NCBI GenBank assembly: GCA_963728565.1
Contig: CAVSLC010000020.1
Coordinates: forward strand, 32,001-96,000
Direction of reading: 5' to 3'
Origin: an uncultured delta proteobacterium
GTDB lineage: Bacteria; Desulfobacterota; Binatia; UBA9968
DNA length: 64,000 nucleotides
Position 1 is the stretch's first letter; each line of letters opens with the position of its first letter. The notes beneath the pieces were generated by a model. It was not told the origin of the DNA, made no database searches, and worked only from the letters and a program-made list of their open reading frames with translations. The translations under genes were made by a program, and so were the position numbers. Shown one piece after another: positions 20,389 through 30,113 of this stretch.

Positions 20389-21993
20389 GTGCAGCACTAT
20401 GACGCGATCCTCGTCGGCGCCGGCCATAACGGACTGGTTACGGCGGCTTATTTAGCCAGATCAGGTAAAAAGGTATTGGTTTTAGAGCGCCGATCCGTTA
20501 TCGGCGGTGTCGCCGCCACCGAAGAAATCTTTCCAGCTTTCAAGTGCTCTACCGGCGCTCATCTTGCCGGGTCATTTTCCCGCGAGATCAGCGCCGAACT
20601 GGAACTTCAGAAACATGGACTAAAGCTTCTCTCTCTCGGTCCACTGGTCTTCGCACCGCAATTGGACGGCGATTCGCTGCTGATTCCCCAAGATCCGGCG
20701 AAAACCGTCGAAGAAATCTCCCGATTTTCGCGCGCGGATGGCGAAAAATTTCCTTCATTCTGCTCGCTCATTGATAAACTCGCCGGCTTCCTGCGGGAGC
20801 TAAACGGGCTTCCGCTACCCGATGGCACAAGCGCCGGCAGTTTCAAGCTTTCGGAGCTGGTTAAAGTTGGTGTGAAATTTCATCGTCTCGGCAAGAAGGA
20901 GATGTATGAGTTCCTGCGCATTCTGCCCATGAGCATTGCCGACCTGCTGGGCGAATGGTTTGAGAACGAAACGCTAAAAGCAGCCATAGCCGGGAGCGCC
21001 ATTCTGAATTCTTTCGTCGGTCCGCGGGCGCAGGGAACCGCATACGTGCTTCTGCATTATTTGTCGCGATCATCCCACGCTGGCTTTCGCTGCGCCGGCT
21101 TCGTTGCCGGCGGCATCAATCAGTTGCCGCAGGCATTGGCGCGCGCGGCTAGGCAGCATGGCGCCGAAATTCGCACCGACGCCGAAGTCGCTCGTATCAT
21201 CACCCAAAATGGCGCCGCCAAGGGCGTGGTTCTCAAGAACGGCGATGACATTTCAGCAAGCGTGATCATCTCCAACGCCGATCCAAAGCGGACTCTGCTC
21301 CATCTGGTGGAACCGACCTATCTTGATCCGCACTTCTTACTGCAAGTTAAGAACATTCGCGCGCGCGGCACCGTCGCCAAAATCAATTTCGCATTGGATA
21401 CTTTGCCTCAGTTCAAGCGCAAGGCCGGTAATGCTTCGGCGGCAGAGCTAAGCGGCATCGTTCACATCGGCCCGACCGTTGAGTGTCTCGAGCGCGCCGC
21501 TGACGATGCGAAATATGGCAGATTTTCCAAGGATCCCTTTTTAGAAATAACCATCCCTTCCCTCGTCGATCCAACGCTGGCGCCGGCTGGAAAGCACGTT
21601 ATGTCGGTGTGGATGCAATCTGCGCCGTATCACCTCAAAGAAGGCAATTGGAATGATCAGAGCCAAGCGCTGGGTGACAGTGTGACCGATATAATAGAAA
21701 ACTATGCGCCCGGATTTAAAAATTCGATCTTGCACAGGCAGGTTCTAACGCCGCTGGATTTAGAACAAACATTCGGCGTTACTGGCGGTCATCTTGACCA
21801 CGCCGAACTCGCCCTCGATCAGATCTTTTTTATGCGCCCAATCCCGGGCTGGGCGGGATACCGCACGCCGATCGACAATCTCTACTTGTGTGGCTCCGGA
21901 ACGCATCCCGGCGGCGGAATCTCGGGCCTACCCGGCTATTACGCGGCAAAAAAAATCCTACAGAACTGGCCGCGACAAACCGACCGCCCTTAA
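20389..21993 (+). CDS. Phytoene-dehydrogenase-like FAD oxidoreductase 2
   Basis: VGAGHNGL, RTPIDNLYLCGSGTHPGGG; paralog of upstream gene. Confidence 0.9.
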   Translation: MQHYDAILVGAGHNGLVTAAYLARSGKKVLVLERRSVIGGVAATEEIFPAFKCSTGAHLAGSFSREISAELELQKHGLKLLSLGPLVFAPQLDGDSLLIPQDPAKTVEEISRFSRADGEKFPSFCSLIDKLAGFLRELNGLPLPDGTSAGSFKLSELVKVGVKFHRLGKKEMYEFLRILPMSIADLLGEWFENETLKAAIAGSAILNSFVGPRAQGTAYVLLHYLSRSSHAGFRCAGFVAGGINQLPQALARAARQHGAEIRTDAEVARIITQNGAAKGVVLKNGDDISASVIISNADPKRTLLHLVEPTYLDPHFLLQVKNIRARGTVAKINFALDTLPQFKRKAGNASAAELSGIVHIGPTVECLERAADDAKYGRFSKDPFLEITIPSLVDPTLAPAGKHVMSVWMQSAPYHLKEGNWNDQSQALGDSVTDIIENYAPGFKNSILHRQVLTPLDLEQTFGVTGGHLDHAELALDQIFFMRPIPGWAGYRTPIDNLYLCGSGTHPGGGISGLPGYYAAKKILQNWPRQTDRP

Positions 21994-22368
21994 AGATTCG
22001 CGCCGATACCTCCCCAGGGATAATTAGCTAGGTCGTTTTCATTTTTGACTGCCACATACATGTCGTAGGATAAATTCTTGTGGTTTTCCGCGGATGTTCG
22101 GGCACGGTCTCCTACGCAAACCGAGTGGAAATGCCATACCCGATTCTCGGTGTCGCGCATGCAACCCACTAGAACTCGATGTTTACATGTGCCGAATGAA
22201 AAACCGTAAATCGCCAGGGGTGGGAGTGACTTCAGCAGGTTAGCTGCTCTGAGCGGCTGGAGGCACAGCCGCTCCAGAGCAATTGAGACAAGCCATACGA
22301 GCAGTAGATGGGAAGGAGTACCCTCGCCGCTCGCAGTTGTAATGGTCGTGTCTCCGGAAACGTAGGAC

Positions 22369-22405
22369 AATAAAGCCCAGGAGCTTTGATCTCCCGGGCT
22401 TTATT
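22369..22405 (-). terminator. Intrinsic terminator of porin 2
   Basis: AATAAAGCCC(A)GGAG / CTCC(C)GGGCTTTATT inverted repeat 10 bp past the stop. Confidence 0.75.
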
Positions 22406-22415
22406 AAAAATGAAA

Positions 22416-23894
22416 TCAGAATGTGTATCTCCAGTTCAGAAACATATCCCACCACTCCCCACCTCGTCCGGCTACACCATTGTTCCGGATATCGAGGTTC
22501 TGCTGTACCGTCGTCGTCAGATTTTTAGCGTCGTACCACAACCAGCTTGCGCCAATGCTCATTCGCGGCGCGATGAAGTACCAGAGATCCCACTCACGCA
22601 GTATGACACGATTGCGATGGTATTGGCCGCTATTGATACTAGCCGGACACCCATCACAGGACATATTGACTCTTTCAAAGTGTGTTCCGACGAGGACCGA
22701 GCCGGTCGTGGTTGCAGAACCAGTCAAGAAGCCCTTCGGGCTCCAAAGAAAGAGATCGTGACCAATCAGCCAGCTATTGGCTCGTTTTTTACCCGGTGTA
22801 GAGGTTCGACCGATCGCGCCAGCTCCGTCCTCGCTGCGCTGAAAGCTGCCCATGGCGCGCAGCCTGTAAGGGCCAATTTGCCAGCCGAACCCGGGGGTTA
22901 AAGCGATATGGAGACCCTCGCCGATGCTGTTTGCGCCGGTATCGAAAAGCGTCTGTCGGCCCGCCCTGGAGTTGTCTCGAATACGGTAACGGCTGCAGCC
23001 GTTTTCAAAGGCACGGTCGTCCACGTTACAGAACCAAGCGGCACCTTCGAAATGAAGCCCTCGTAGCCAAGTGTTCTTCAGCTGGGAGAACGGGTCGAGT
23101 CCAAGAAAGACATTGAAATCTTTGCGGTCAGTGCGGCTGCTCAAGCCATCGTCGCCCTCGGCGATGTTGGCCATCGATAATTGAAAACGGCTAATTCGTC
23201 CCGGTATCCCAATGCCGGATAAAGATCGGTCATCCCAATTTAGAACGAGTCCATTACCGGCTCGGCCTGTGTTGTTGCCGTTATTGGCAGTGTGAAGATC
23301 GTATTCCGCCTGCGAGCCCACTGCCCCGGAACCCTGGCGTACAGTGCTCGTCGATGCACCGGATATGTCCATGCCGATTGTGACTGTAGGCAGGAAAGGA
23401 TTTAAATTTTCCGCATGCCAGTGCAGAGCCGCGCGCTGCAAGATACTGCCGAAATCATCTCCTGTAGCGTTTTTACCGGTGCCGCCGCCGAACCCGTCGA
23501 GATCGATGGCCGCCTCGAGTTCCCACAAGCAGTTGTTGATGCAGTAGAAGAACGACGGTCTGAAGCGCCGGCCCTCAATCTCTCCGTTGGTACGACCTAT
23601 CGAATCTTTCCCGCTCAAAAAGTTCATGCGGAAATGCGATTCCAAACTTGCGCGAAAGGACCAAGCTTTATCTGCTGCTTCGACATTCAACCCGTTGCCC
23701 GGACGATAGCTAAAGCTCGGCATGGCGGCTGCCGCCTCGGTGGCTTCTTTCTTTAATTCGAGTTGCTGTGCTTCCAATTGCGAGAGTCTAGCCCGAAGTT
23801 CGCTAATCTCGTCATCCACGTTTTGTGCTAATACTGCTCCGCCAACGAACAAGAGGCTGAAAAACACCGTTAGCTTTAAAGCAATTTTTTCCAT
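22416..23894 (-). CDS. Outer-membrane beta-barrel porin 2 (OprO/P-like, Cys-rich)
   Basis: Signal peptide, coiled coil, amphipathic strands, terminal FLNWRYTF; highly similar to porin 1. Confidence 0.88.
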   Translation of the reverse strand: MEKIALKLTVFFSLLFVGGAVLAQNVDDEISELRARLSQLEAQQLELKKEATEAAAAMPSFSYRPGNGLNVEAADKAWSFRASLESHFRMNFLSGKDSIGRTNGEIEGRRFRPSFFYCINNCLWELEAAIDLDGFGGGTGKNATGDDFGSILQRAALHWHAENLNPFLPTVTIGMDISGASTSTVRQGSGAVGSQAEYDLHTANNGNNTGRAGNGLVLNWDDRSLSGIGIPGRISRFQLSMANIAEGDDGLSSRTDRKDFNVFLGLDPFSQLKNTWLRGLHFEGAAWFCNVDDRAFENGCSRYRIRDNSRAGRQTLFDTGANSIGEGLHIALTPGFGWQIGPYRLRAMGSFQRSEDGAGAIGRTSTPGKKRANSWLIGHDLFLWSPKGFLTGSATTTGSVLVGTHFERVNMSCDGCPASINSGQYHRNRVILREWDLWYFIAPRMSIGASWLWYDAKNLTTTVQQNLDIRNNGVAGRGGEWWDMFLNWRYTF

Positions 23895-23955
23895 CTTCCC
23901 TCCTCTTACATCTATAGTCTTATCCTAGACCAGCTAAAAGTCGTATTAACATCGC

Positions 23956-24009
23956 CTTTTAGCCCCAGTATTGGTATATGTCAAGACTAAAGTTTTAAGA
24001 CTTTAGGCC
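23956..24009 (-). promoter_or_regulatory. sigma70-type promoter with abutting operator (porin 2)
   Basis: Minus strand CTAAAGTcttaaaACTTTAGTC-TTGACA-N17-TAAAAG, same architecture as porin 1. Confidence 0.7.
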
Positions 24010-24244
24010 TGTTCCGGTGATTCGTTTACGGATTGCTGGAGCCTGGGGCTTTCCAGGGCTGCTTCTGGCTACTCGGTTTGTTGCGCGATTGGATGCTGTA
24101 AGAGAAAGCCTGAGACTGAAAGGCTTATTGATTACGCGACTCTAGGCGAGCTCAACAACAACTACTGAAGAGGAATTTGTGAATCAGTTAACCAACGGGC
24201 TATTGCGGTGAATCAGCATTGACTTACTAAGACTTTGGTATTAA

Positions 24245-25627
24245 ATGCCTCAGCATCAGCCTTCGAAGCTATTTATGTCTCGCATTCTGTTTATCGACAA
24301 GGAAGATCGCTCGCGAGCTCTACTGCAGTGTCGGCTCAAGGCTGACGTAAAAATTAACTTCGCCCCTTCTCTGGAAGCAGCATGGGAGAAGCTAAGCACT
24401 CGCAAGTTCGATCTGATCTTGTGGAACACAGTTAATGATCCGGCAGCAGAGATAAATCTCAGCGAGACTCTAAAGCTATTTTCAACCAAGGTTTGCGGCA
24501 GCAGGATTGTTGTCTTCAGTGACTCTGAGGCATTGCAGAGGCGGTTTCGCTGCGGCAATGTTCAAGTCGACAATCTGCCGACAAACGGAGAAGATTTACT
24601 AGCGCTAGTGCGGAGCAATCTTCCGCTCAAGGTGCCATCCGAGAGAAACAACTCCACCGCTGATAAGTTTGCCCTGCCAATAGAGTTTGAAGGGATTATA
24701 GCCGTGAGTCTGCCGATGGGAGCGGTGCTCCGGCGCGCGATCGAGGCGGCCAATGTCGATATGCCGGTTCTGATCACCGGCGAAACCGGCACAGGCAAAG
24801 ATCTTATCGCCGCAGCGATTCACAAACGAAGTCGACGCAAGGACAACCCTTACATCATTGTCAACACCGGTGCGATGTCGCCGCAGCTCATAGCCAGCGA
24901 GATCTTCGGTCACGAAAAAGGCGCGTTTACCGGGGCGGAGGACGCGCACCAGGGGATTTTCGAACAAGCTCAGGGAGGCACTGTTTTTCTCGATGAAATC
25001 GCCACTATGGACGAAAAGACTCAGGTGAGTTTGCTCCGAGTATTGGAAGAGAAAACATTTTATCGAGTCGGAGGAATCAAGAAATTCCGCGCCGACGTTC
25101 GCATCATCGCCGCCACGAACGAAGATCTGGAAAAGAAGGTCACTGAGAAACGCTTTCGCGAGGATCTCTTTTATCGGCTAAACGTTCTGCATATAAGCGT
25201 CCCGCCGTTGCGCGAGCGGCCCGGCGCCGTCACCGTGCTGACGGATCATTTTCTTTCGCACTTTGCCCCGATATTCGGAAAAGAGGTTGAGAGGGTCGCG
25301 CCGGAAACCTACCGGATGCTGCGACGCTACCGCTGGCCGGGGAACGTCCGCGAGCTTAAGAACGTTATTCAAGCAGCGCTCTTGATGCTCGATGGCAATG
25401 AACTAACACCGGAATGCATCCCGGAACGGATCCGGAATGCCGCTTTAGGAGGCGAAGAGCGTGGCGAACCGACTTGCTCATTTCGAGTCGGTACCTCGCT
25501 GCATACCGTAGAGAAGGAACTCATTCGGATGACACTCATCTTTGCCGGCGGAAACAAGAAGCTAGCGGCAAGCATTCTCGGGATCAGCCGGCGTGCTCTT
25601 TACAACAAGCTCAAGACTCATAATTAA
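24245..25627 (+). CDS. sigma54-dependent enhancer-binding protein with degenerate receiver domain (start may be 24275)
   Basis: GETGTGKD, GAFTGA, FLDEI, FREDLFYRL, WPGNVREL, Fis HTH. Confidence 0.93.
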   Translation: MPQHQPSKLFMSRILFIDKEDRSRALLQCRLKADVKINFAPSLEAAWEKLSTRKFDLILWNTVNDPAAEINLSETLKLFSTKVCGSRIVVFSDSEALQRRFRCGNVQVDNLPTNGEDLLALVRSNLPLKVPSERNNSTADKFALPIEFEGIIAVSLPMGAVLRRAIEAANVDMPVLITGETGTGKDLIAAAIHKRSRRKDNPYIIVNTGAMSPQLIASEIFGHEKGAFTGAEDAHQGIFEQAQGGTVFLDEIATMDEKTQVSLLRVLEEKTFYRVGGIKKFRADVRIIAATNEDLEKKVTEKRFREDLFYRLNVLHISVPPLRERPGAVTVLTDHFLSHFAPIFGKEVERVAPETYRMLRRYRWPGNVRELKNVIQAALLMLDGNELTPECIPERIRNAALGGEERGEPTCSFRVGTSLHTVEKELIRMTLIFAGGNKKLAASILGISRRALYNKLKTHN

Positions 25628-25634
25628 TCCCGGG

Positions 25635-25653
25635 TGTGCAGATACTGCGCACA
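25635..25653. promoter_or_regulatory. Candidate upstream activator site
   Basis: Imperfect palindrome TGTGCAGATACTGCGCACA about 200 bp upstream of a -24/-12 element. Confidence 0.4.
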
Positions 25654-25853
25654 GGACTAATCGCCAAGAAGCCATAACATATCGGATTAAAAGACATCCT
25701 GCTCCTTCGGAATTCGCCAGAAACTCTGGTCGTGTAAAAAATCATCACACTGATTTATCTTCTATGTGTAGAAACTACCGCTTTTCGCAGATCAGCAGCC
25801 TACGGGTGGCGAAACCGGCCCGTAAGTTACCGCATACCCCCGGATTTCCGCGC

Positions 25854-25869
25854 TGGTTTCGATCTTGCT
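25854..25869 (+). promoter_or_regulatory. sigma54 -24/-12 promoter
   Basis: TGGTTTCGATCTTGCT (GG-N10-GC) about 25 bp upstream of ATG 25895. Confidence 0.6.
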
Positions 25870-25894
25870 CAAGAGCTTGAACCCGGAGGATTTA

Positions 25895-26317
25895 ATGAAT
25901 AGAGCCACGGCAACGATACAATCGAACCCGATCAACTCGTTCTTCGAGCCTGACATCCTTACTTCAGATCAGTATTTCAAACATTATCGCCACAAGGCAC
26001 ATTTCGATCCGGAAGAGAAACTTATGTTTGCGGTTCTGGCTGACGCAATCGAGTGCTTTCAAAAATATTATGGCGCCAACACCCACCGACGCCGCAGGCT
26101 CTTTACGGAAGCTGAAGCCTGGATCTCAACGCCAGACAACACCTGGCCCTATTCGTTTGAGAATATCTGCGAAGCATTAAATATCGATCCAAACTACCTG
26201 CGCCTGGGTTTGACGCGGTGGCGGATCCAGCACGAGGCGCAGAGAAACACCGGCTTATGCATCCGTAAGACGCTGCGCTACCAAAATACAGTAAAACAGA
26301 ATCGAGTGTGCATCTAA
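25895..26317 (+). CDS. Conserved hypothetical alpha-helical protein
   Basis: RBS ggagga; PEEKLMFAVLADAIECF...EAEAWI...SFENICEALNIDPNYLR pattern. Confidence 0.75.
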   Translation: MNRATATIQSNPINSFFEPDILTSDQYFKHYRHKAHFDPEEKLMFAVLADAIECFQKYYGANTHRRRRLFTEAEAWISTPDNTWPYSFENICEALNIDPNYLRLGLTRWRIQHEAQRNTGLCIRKTLRYQNTVKQNRVCI

Positions 26318-26444
26318 CAAAGAAAGCCGAGAGTTTCAGCGCCTCGTCGGGACTCTCCGTACGGTCTGCGCATCGTCAACTCCGGCCGGCAAATCGACGG
26401 ATGAGGCGTGAAACGGCGCTCCAAACGCTGACTAGGTAGATGGA

Positions 26445-26852
26445 ATGTCGTCGGAAACTCATGCCACCGGCATAGGCAATAAAGTTATGTTGGTGGGAAT
26501 CGACAACAACCGCGTCCTCGAGAAACGGTTACAAGCGGCAGGCTGTCAAGTGTTCAAAGTGACTGACGAAGAGGCGGCGCTCGATCACCTGCGTCATGAA
26601 ACCTTCGATAAGGCCGTTATGGTCTCGACAGGTTCTTTGATCGACACGGCTGAGATGATTTTCAGTCTGCGCGATCTCAACCGCTCGATGGAGATTATCA
26701 TTCTGGTCGACCGACCCGGCAAGCACACTAACCGACTGCTCCGCCAATTACTGCTCCATCCGATTGCCGGGACGCAAATTATGACGCGCCGGCAGCTGCA
26801 AAAAGCGTTGCACGGAACTCTACCGGCAGAGCGTGCCAGGAGAGCGCTTTGA
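26445..26852 (+). CDS. Degenerate single-domain receiver-like protein
   Basis: REC-like alpha/beta pattern (LQAAGCQV...EEAALDHL...FD...LRDLNRSMEIIIL) lacking the acidic pocket. Confidence 0.55.
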   Translation: MSSETHATGIGNKVMLVGIDNNRVLEKRLQAAGCQVFKVTDEEAALDHLRHETFDKAVMVSTGSLIDTAEMIFSLRDLNRSMEIIILVDRPGKHTNRLLRQLLLHPIAGTQIMTRRQLQKALHGTLPAERARRAL

Positions 26853-27064
26853 AAACTAATTCCTCGCTGCGAGCACGGACAGATTATGAATTTCCGCGGA
26901 GCATTAGGTTTTGCCTCACTAGATCGCAGTTTGGTACTGATGCTCATTCCAAACATTCTGTGTCTTGCCCATTTGGCGCGCGGACCTGCGCGTCGTTCGC
27001 TAAACAGTTCGTCTGTTCGACCGGCAAACCAGTCATTTTGTTAAGAGCGAGAGGAGGAAATCTT

Positions 27065-28112
27065 ATGACAACGGCGCGTGTGTTCCTGGTTAGTTGCGCG
27101 GCGCTGCTGTTGTCAGGTCAGTCGCTCGTTCACTCTCAGCAGGAACCGTTCTACCAAGGCAAAACTATCAAGGTCGTCGTTGGTTTTACCTCCGGCGGAT
27201 TTTACGATCGCTGGTCGCGATTGCTCGCCCGCTATGTGCCGAAATATCTTCCCGGCAATCCGGAGATGATCGTCCAGAATATGCCCGGCGCCGGCGGCCT
27301 GATTGCCGCCAATCACGTTTACAATGTGGCCAAGTCTGATGGTCTCACGATTGGCATGACAAATTACGGCATGTACTTGGACCAGATGGTCGGCCGCAAA
27401 GAAGTGCAGTACGACGTGCGCAAGTTTCACTGGATCGGCTCGCCGGAAAAAAAGCGAGATTCTGCTCTACATGCGCAGCGACGCGCCGTACAAATCCATC
27501 GAAGATATTCGGACGGCGAGCACGCCGCCCAAGTGCGGTTCCACCGGAACGGCCGGCACCGATTACATCCTGGCCCGCCTGCTCGAAGAAACACTCGGCG
27601 CCAAGATTGAGACCGTCCTGGGTTATCCGGGCGGGAGCGAAATCGATTTGGCGGTGGAGAAGGGCGAGGTTCAATGCCGCGGGCTTACCGCCGCGCCATT
27701 CTTCGGTCGGGAGCCGTTTATTTCCTGGCGCAAGAGAAACTTCGTCAACGTGCTGCTTTACGGCGGCTTGAAACGCGACCCGCGAATTCCCGACACGCCG
27801 ACGATTTACGAAATCTTCGACAAACTCAATACTCCAGAGGAGAGCCGGCAGGTTGCCGATGTCATCTTGCGCGGCGGCGATTTTGGCCGTCCATGGGTGA
27901 TGCCGCCGGATACGCCGACGGAGGTCGTCAAAACAATGCGCGCCGCCTACGCCAAATCCATGGCAGACAGCGCGTTATTGGACGAAGCCAAGCAAACGAA
28001 ACTGGACGTCGAGTATGTCCCGGGTGAAGAATTGCAAAAACTAGCCGAGAAGATGATGCGCCAGGCGCCGGGAGTGGTCATGCGGGTGAAGAAGCTGCTG
28101 GGTAAAAAGTAA
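27065..28112 (+). CDS. Tripartite tricarboxylate transporter substrate-binding protein (TctC/Bug) 1 (frameshift in A-run near 27450)
   Basis: FYQGKTIKVVVG..GG.YD, VQNMPGAGG, GYPGGSEIDLAVEKGEV, FGRP..MPP. Confidence 0.88.
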
Positions 28113-28148
28113 CAACCATTGGCACGAGAGAAAAGGAGGCAGACAGCT

Positions 28149-29189
28149 ATGATCCAACCATTGAGGAGCATAATCTGGGTAATGCTGGTGCTGGTTCTGT
28201 GGAGCTCGGCCGCTTTGGCGCAGACGCCGTATTACGCCGGTAAGACGATCACGATCGTTGCCGGCACCAAGGCCGGAGACGTCTATGATCTTTACGCGCG
28301 CATGTTCGCGCAGCATATGCCGAAATACATTCCGGGAACTCCCAATATCATCGTCCAAAACATGGCGGGCGCCGGTTCGATGATCGCCGCCAATTTCGTT
28401 TACAACGTGTCCAATCCGGACGGGCTAACGATCGGCGCGATATTTCCGGCGCTCTATTTTGATCAGGTCGTGCAGCGTCCGGAGGTGAAGTACGACTGGA
28501 GCAAGTTCGTTTGGCTGGGCAGCCCGGTGACATCAAATCATTTGCTCTACATGCGCGCCGATTCGCCCTATAAGACGATCCACGATGTGGTTAAAGCTTC
28601 CACCGCGCCGAAATGCGGCGCCACCGGCACCAGTTCGACCGCTTACTATGTGCCGAAGTTGCTCGACGAAGTCATCGGCACCAATTTTGAAATTGTCCTC
28701 GGCTATCAGGCGGGACAGGACATCGATCTCGCTGTTGAACGCAACGAAGTGGTCTGCCGCGCCTTCACTCTGACCGCGTTCTTCGCGCGCGAACCCTTTA
28801 CCACCTGGCGCAAGAAAAAATTCGTCAACGTGCTGGTGCAAACAGGAAGAAAGCGCGACAAGAGAATACCCGACGTTCCAACGATTTATGAATTGATGGA
28901 TCAATACAAGAGTTCACCGGCGGACCGAAGCCTGGCAACTTTGGTGCTTGCCGCCGGCGATTTCGGCCGTCCCTACGTAATGCCGCCGAACACACCGGCG
29001 GAACACGTCAAAACAATTCGCGAGGCGTTTGCGAAAACATTAAACGATGAGGAAGTCAAAGCCGACGCGGCGAAGAAGAAGCTTGAGCTTGACCCCTCGA
29101 GCGCCGACGAGCTCGAGAAGCTGGCGAAGGAAGTCACCGGCCAATCGCCCGATATCATCGCCAAGATGAAGACGCTTTTGACGAAATGA
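28149..29189 (+). CDS. TctC/Bug-family substrate-binding protein 2
   Basis: Signal peptide, YYAGKTITI, VQNMAGAGS, PDGLTIG, FGRPYVMPP. Confidence 0.92.
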   Translation: MIQPLRSIIWVMLVLVLWSSAALAQTPYYAGKTITIVAGTKAGDVYDLYARMFAQHMPKYIPGTPNIIVQNMAGAGSMIAANFVYNVSNPDGLTIGAIFPALYFDQVVQRPEVKYDWSKFVWLGSPVTSNHLLYMRADSPYKTIHDVVKASTAPKCGATGTSSTAYYVPKLLDEVIGTNFEIVLGYQAGQDIDLAVERNEVVCRAFTLTAFFAREPFTTWRKKKFVNVLVQTGRKRDKRIPDVPTIYELMDQYKSSPADRSLATLVLAAGDFGRPYVMPPNTPAEHVKTIREAFAKTLNDEEVKADAAKKKLELDPSSADELEKLAKEVTGQSPDIIAKMKTLLTK

Positions 29190-29715
29190 CCTGATTGTTG
29201 ATCCTCCGACTACGTTGTGGAGCGAAAATTTGAACACGCAAGGAATGGCTAAACGTGTGCGCATTGGCGCATACGTCCCACAACCCCGGCGCCGGTCTCG
29301 CCCGATCGTCGCATCCTAAGATATCCTGCCCAGGCGCTGCCGATTTGACTTAATCGTCGAGTCAGAGCTCAGCTCCCGGGCTTCGCAGCGCCCGCAAGCT
29401 TAAACCGGCCAATTACATTTGAGTCCTGACGGCTCCGGACTTAATGAATCGATCGCGAGTCCAAAAGGTTTGGCTAACCGAGGAAAAACTGTTTTCGGAA
29501 ACATCGGTGACTGGCATGCCGCGGATGGTGTCATTGATTTTTTCGCTAACATTCCAATGATAATGGCTAAATGGAAAATTTTTACGCCGGCGCGAGCCTC
29601 GGCCAGCTTCATCGGCTATGACTTGCCTTTCAACCAGACCCTCGGCAGACTTCCCTTGGTTGAGATAGCTAACGCAATCCAAGCAATATTTCGCATTCCG
29701 AAACGTCCAACCAGA

Positions 29716-30102
29716 ATGGATTATTTTCGCTTGGTCAGAGATTACCTCGGGATCCTAGCTCTCGTTCCTCTCCTGCTATTCGGAACTCAGTTTGCCGATG
29801 CCGCATCTTCATCTGCCGGTGAAACCAAAAAAATCGAGGCACTGATCCAGAATGTGAGAGATTTGAAAGACGCGACGTTTATCCGCAACGGCTCCGCGTA
29901 CAATTCCAAAAGCGCAGCCATCTTCCTGCGGCGCAAATGGCAAGCAAATCAATCCGAAGTAAAAACGGCCCGCGATTTTATTGATAAAGTCGCCAGTTTT
30001 TCCGGAACATCCGGGAAGCCTTACTTGATTCGTTTTAAAGATGGCAGAGAAGTCCACAGTCGCGACTTTCTGCTCGCTAGACTAAAATCCGCGGAGGGCT
30101 GA
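29716..30102 (+). CDS. DUF5329 (YfeK-like) secreted protein
   Basis: Signal peptide, TFIRNG, AAIFLRRK, FIDKVASFSGTSGKPY. Confidence 0.8.
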   Translation: MDYFRLVRDYLGILALVPLLLFGTQFADAASSSAGETKKIEALIQNVRDLKDATFIRNGSAYNSKSAAIFLRRKWQANQSEVKTARDFIDKVASFSGTSGKPYLIRFKDGREVHSRDFLLARLKSAEG

Positions 30103-30113
30103 TAATCTGAAGT

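Noticed and set aside
18792-21993. Carotenoid pathway (CrtI-like genes plus CrtC-like gene at 59558)
   Set aside because: No phytoene synthase or GGPP synthase nearby, the genes are far apart, and both families are broad.
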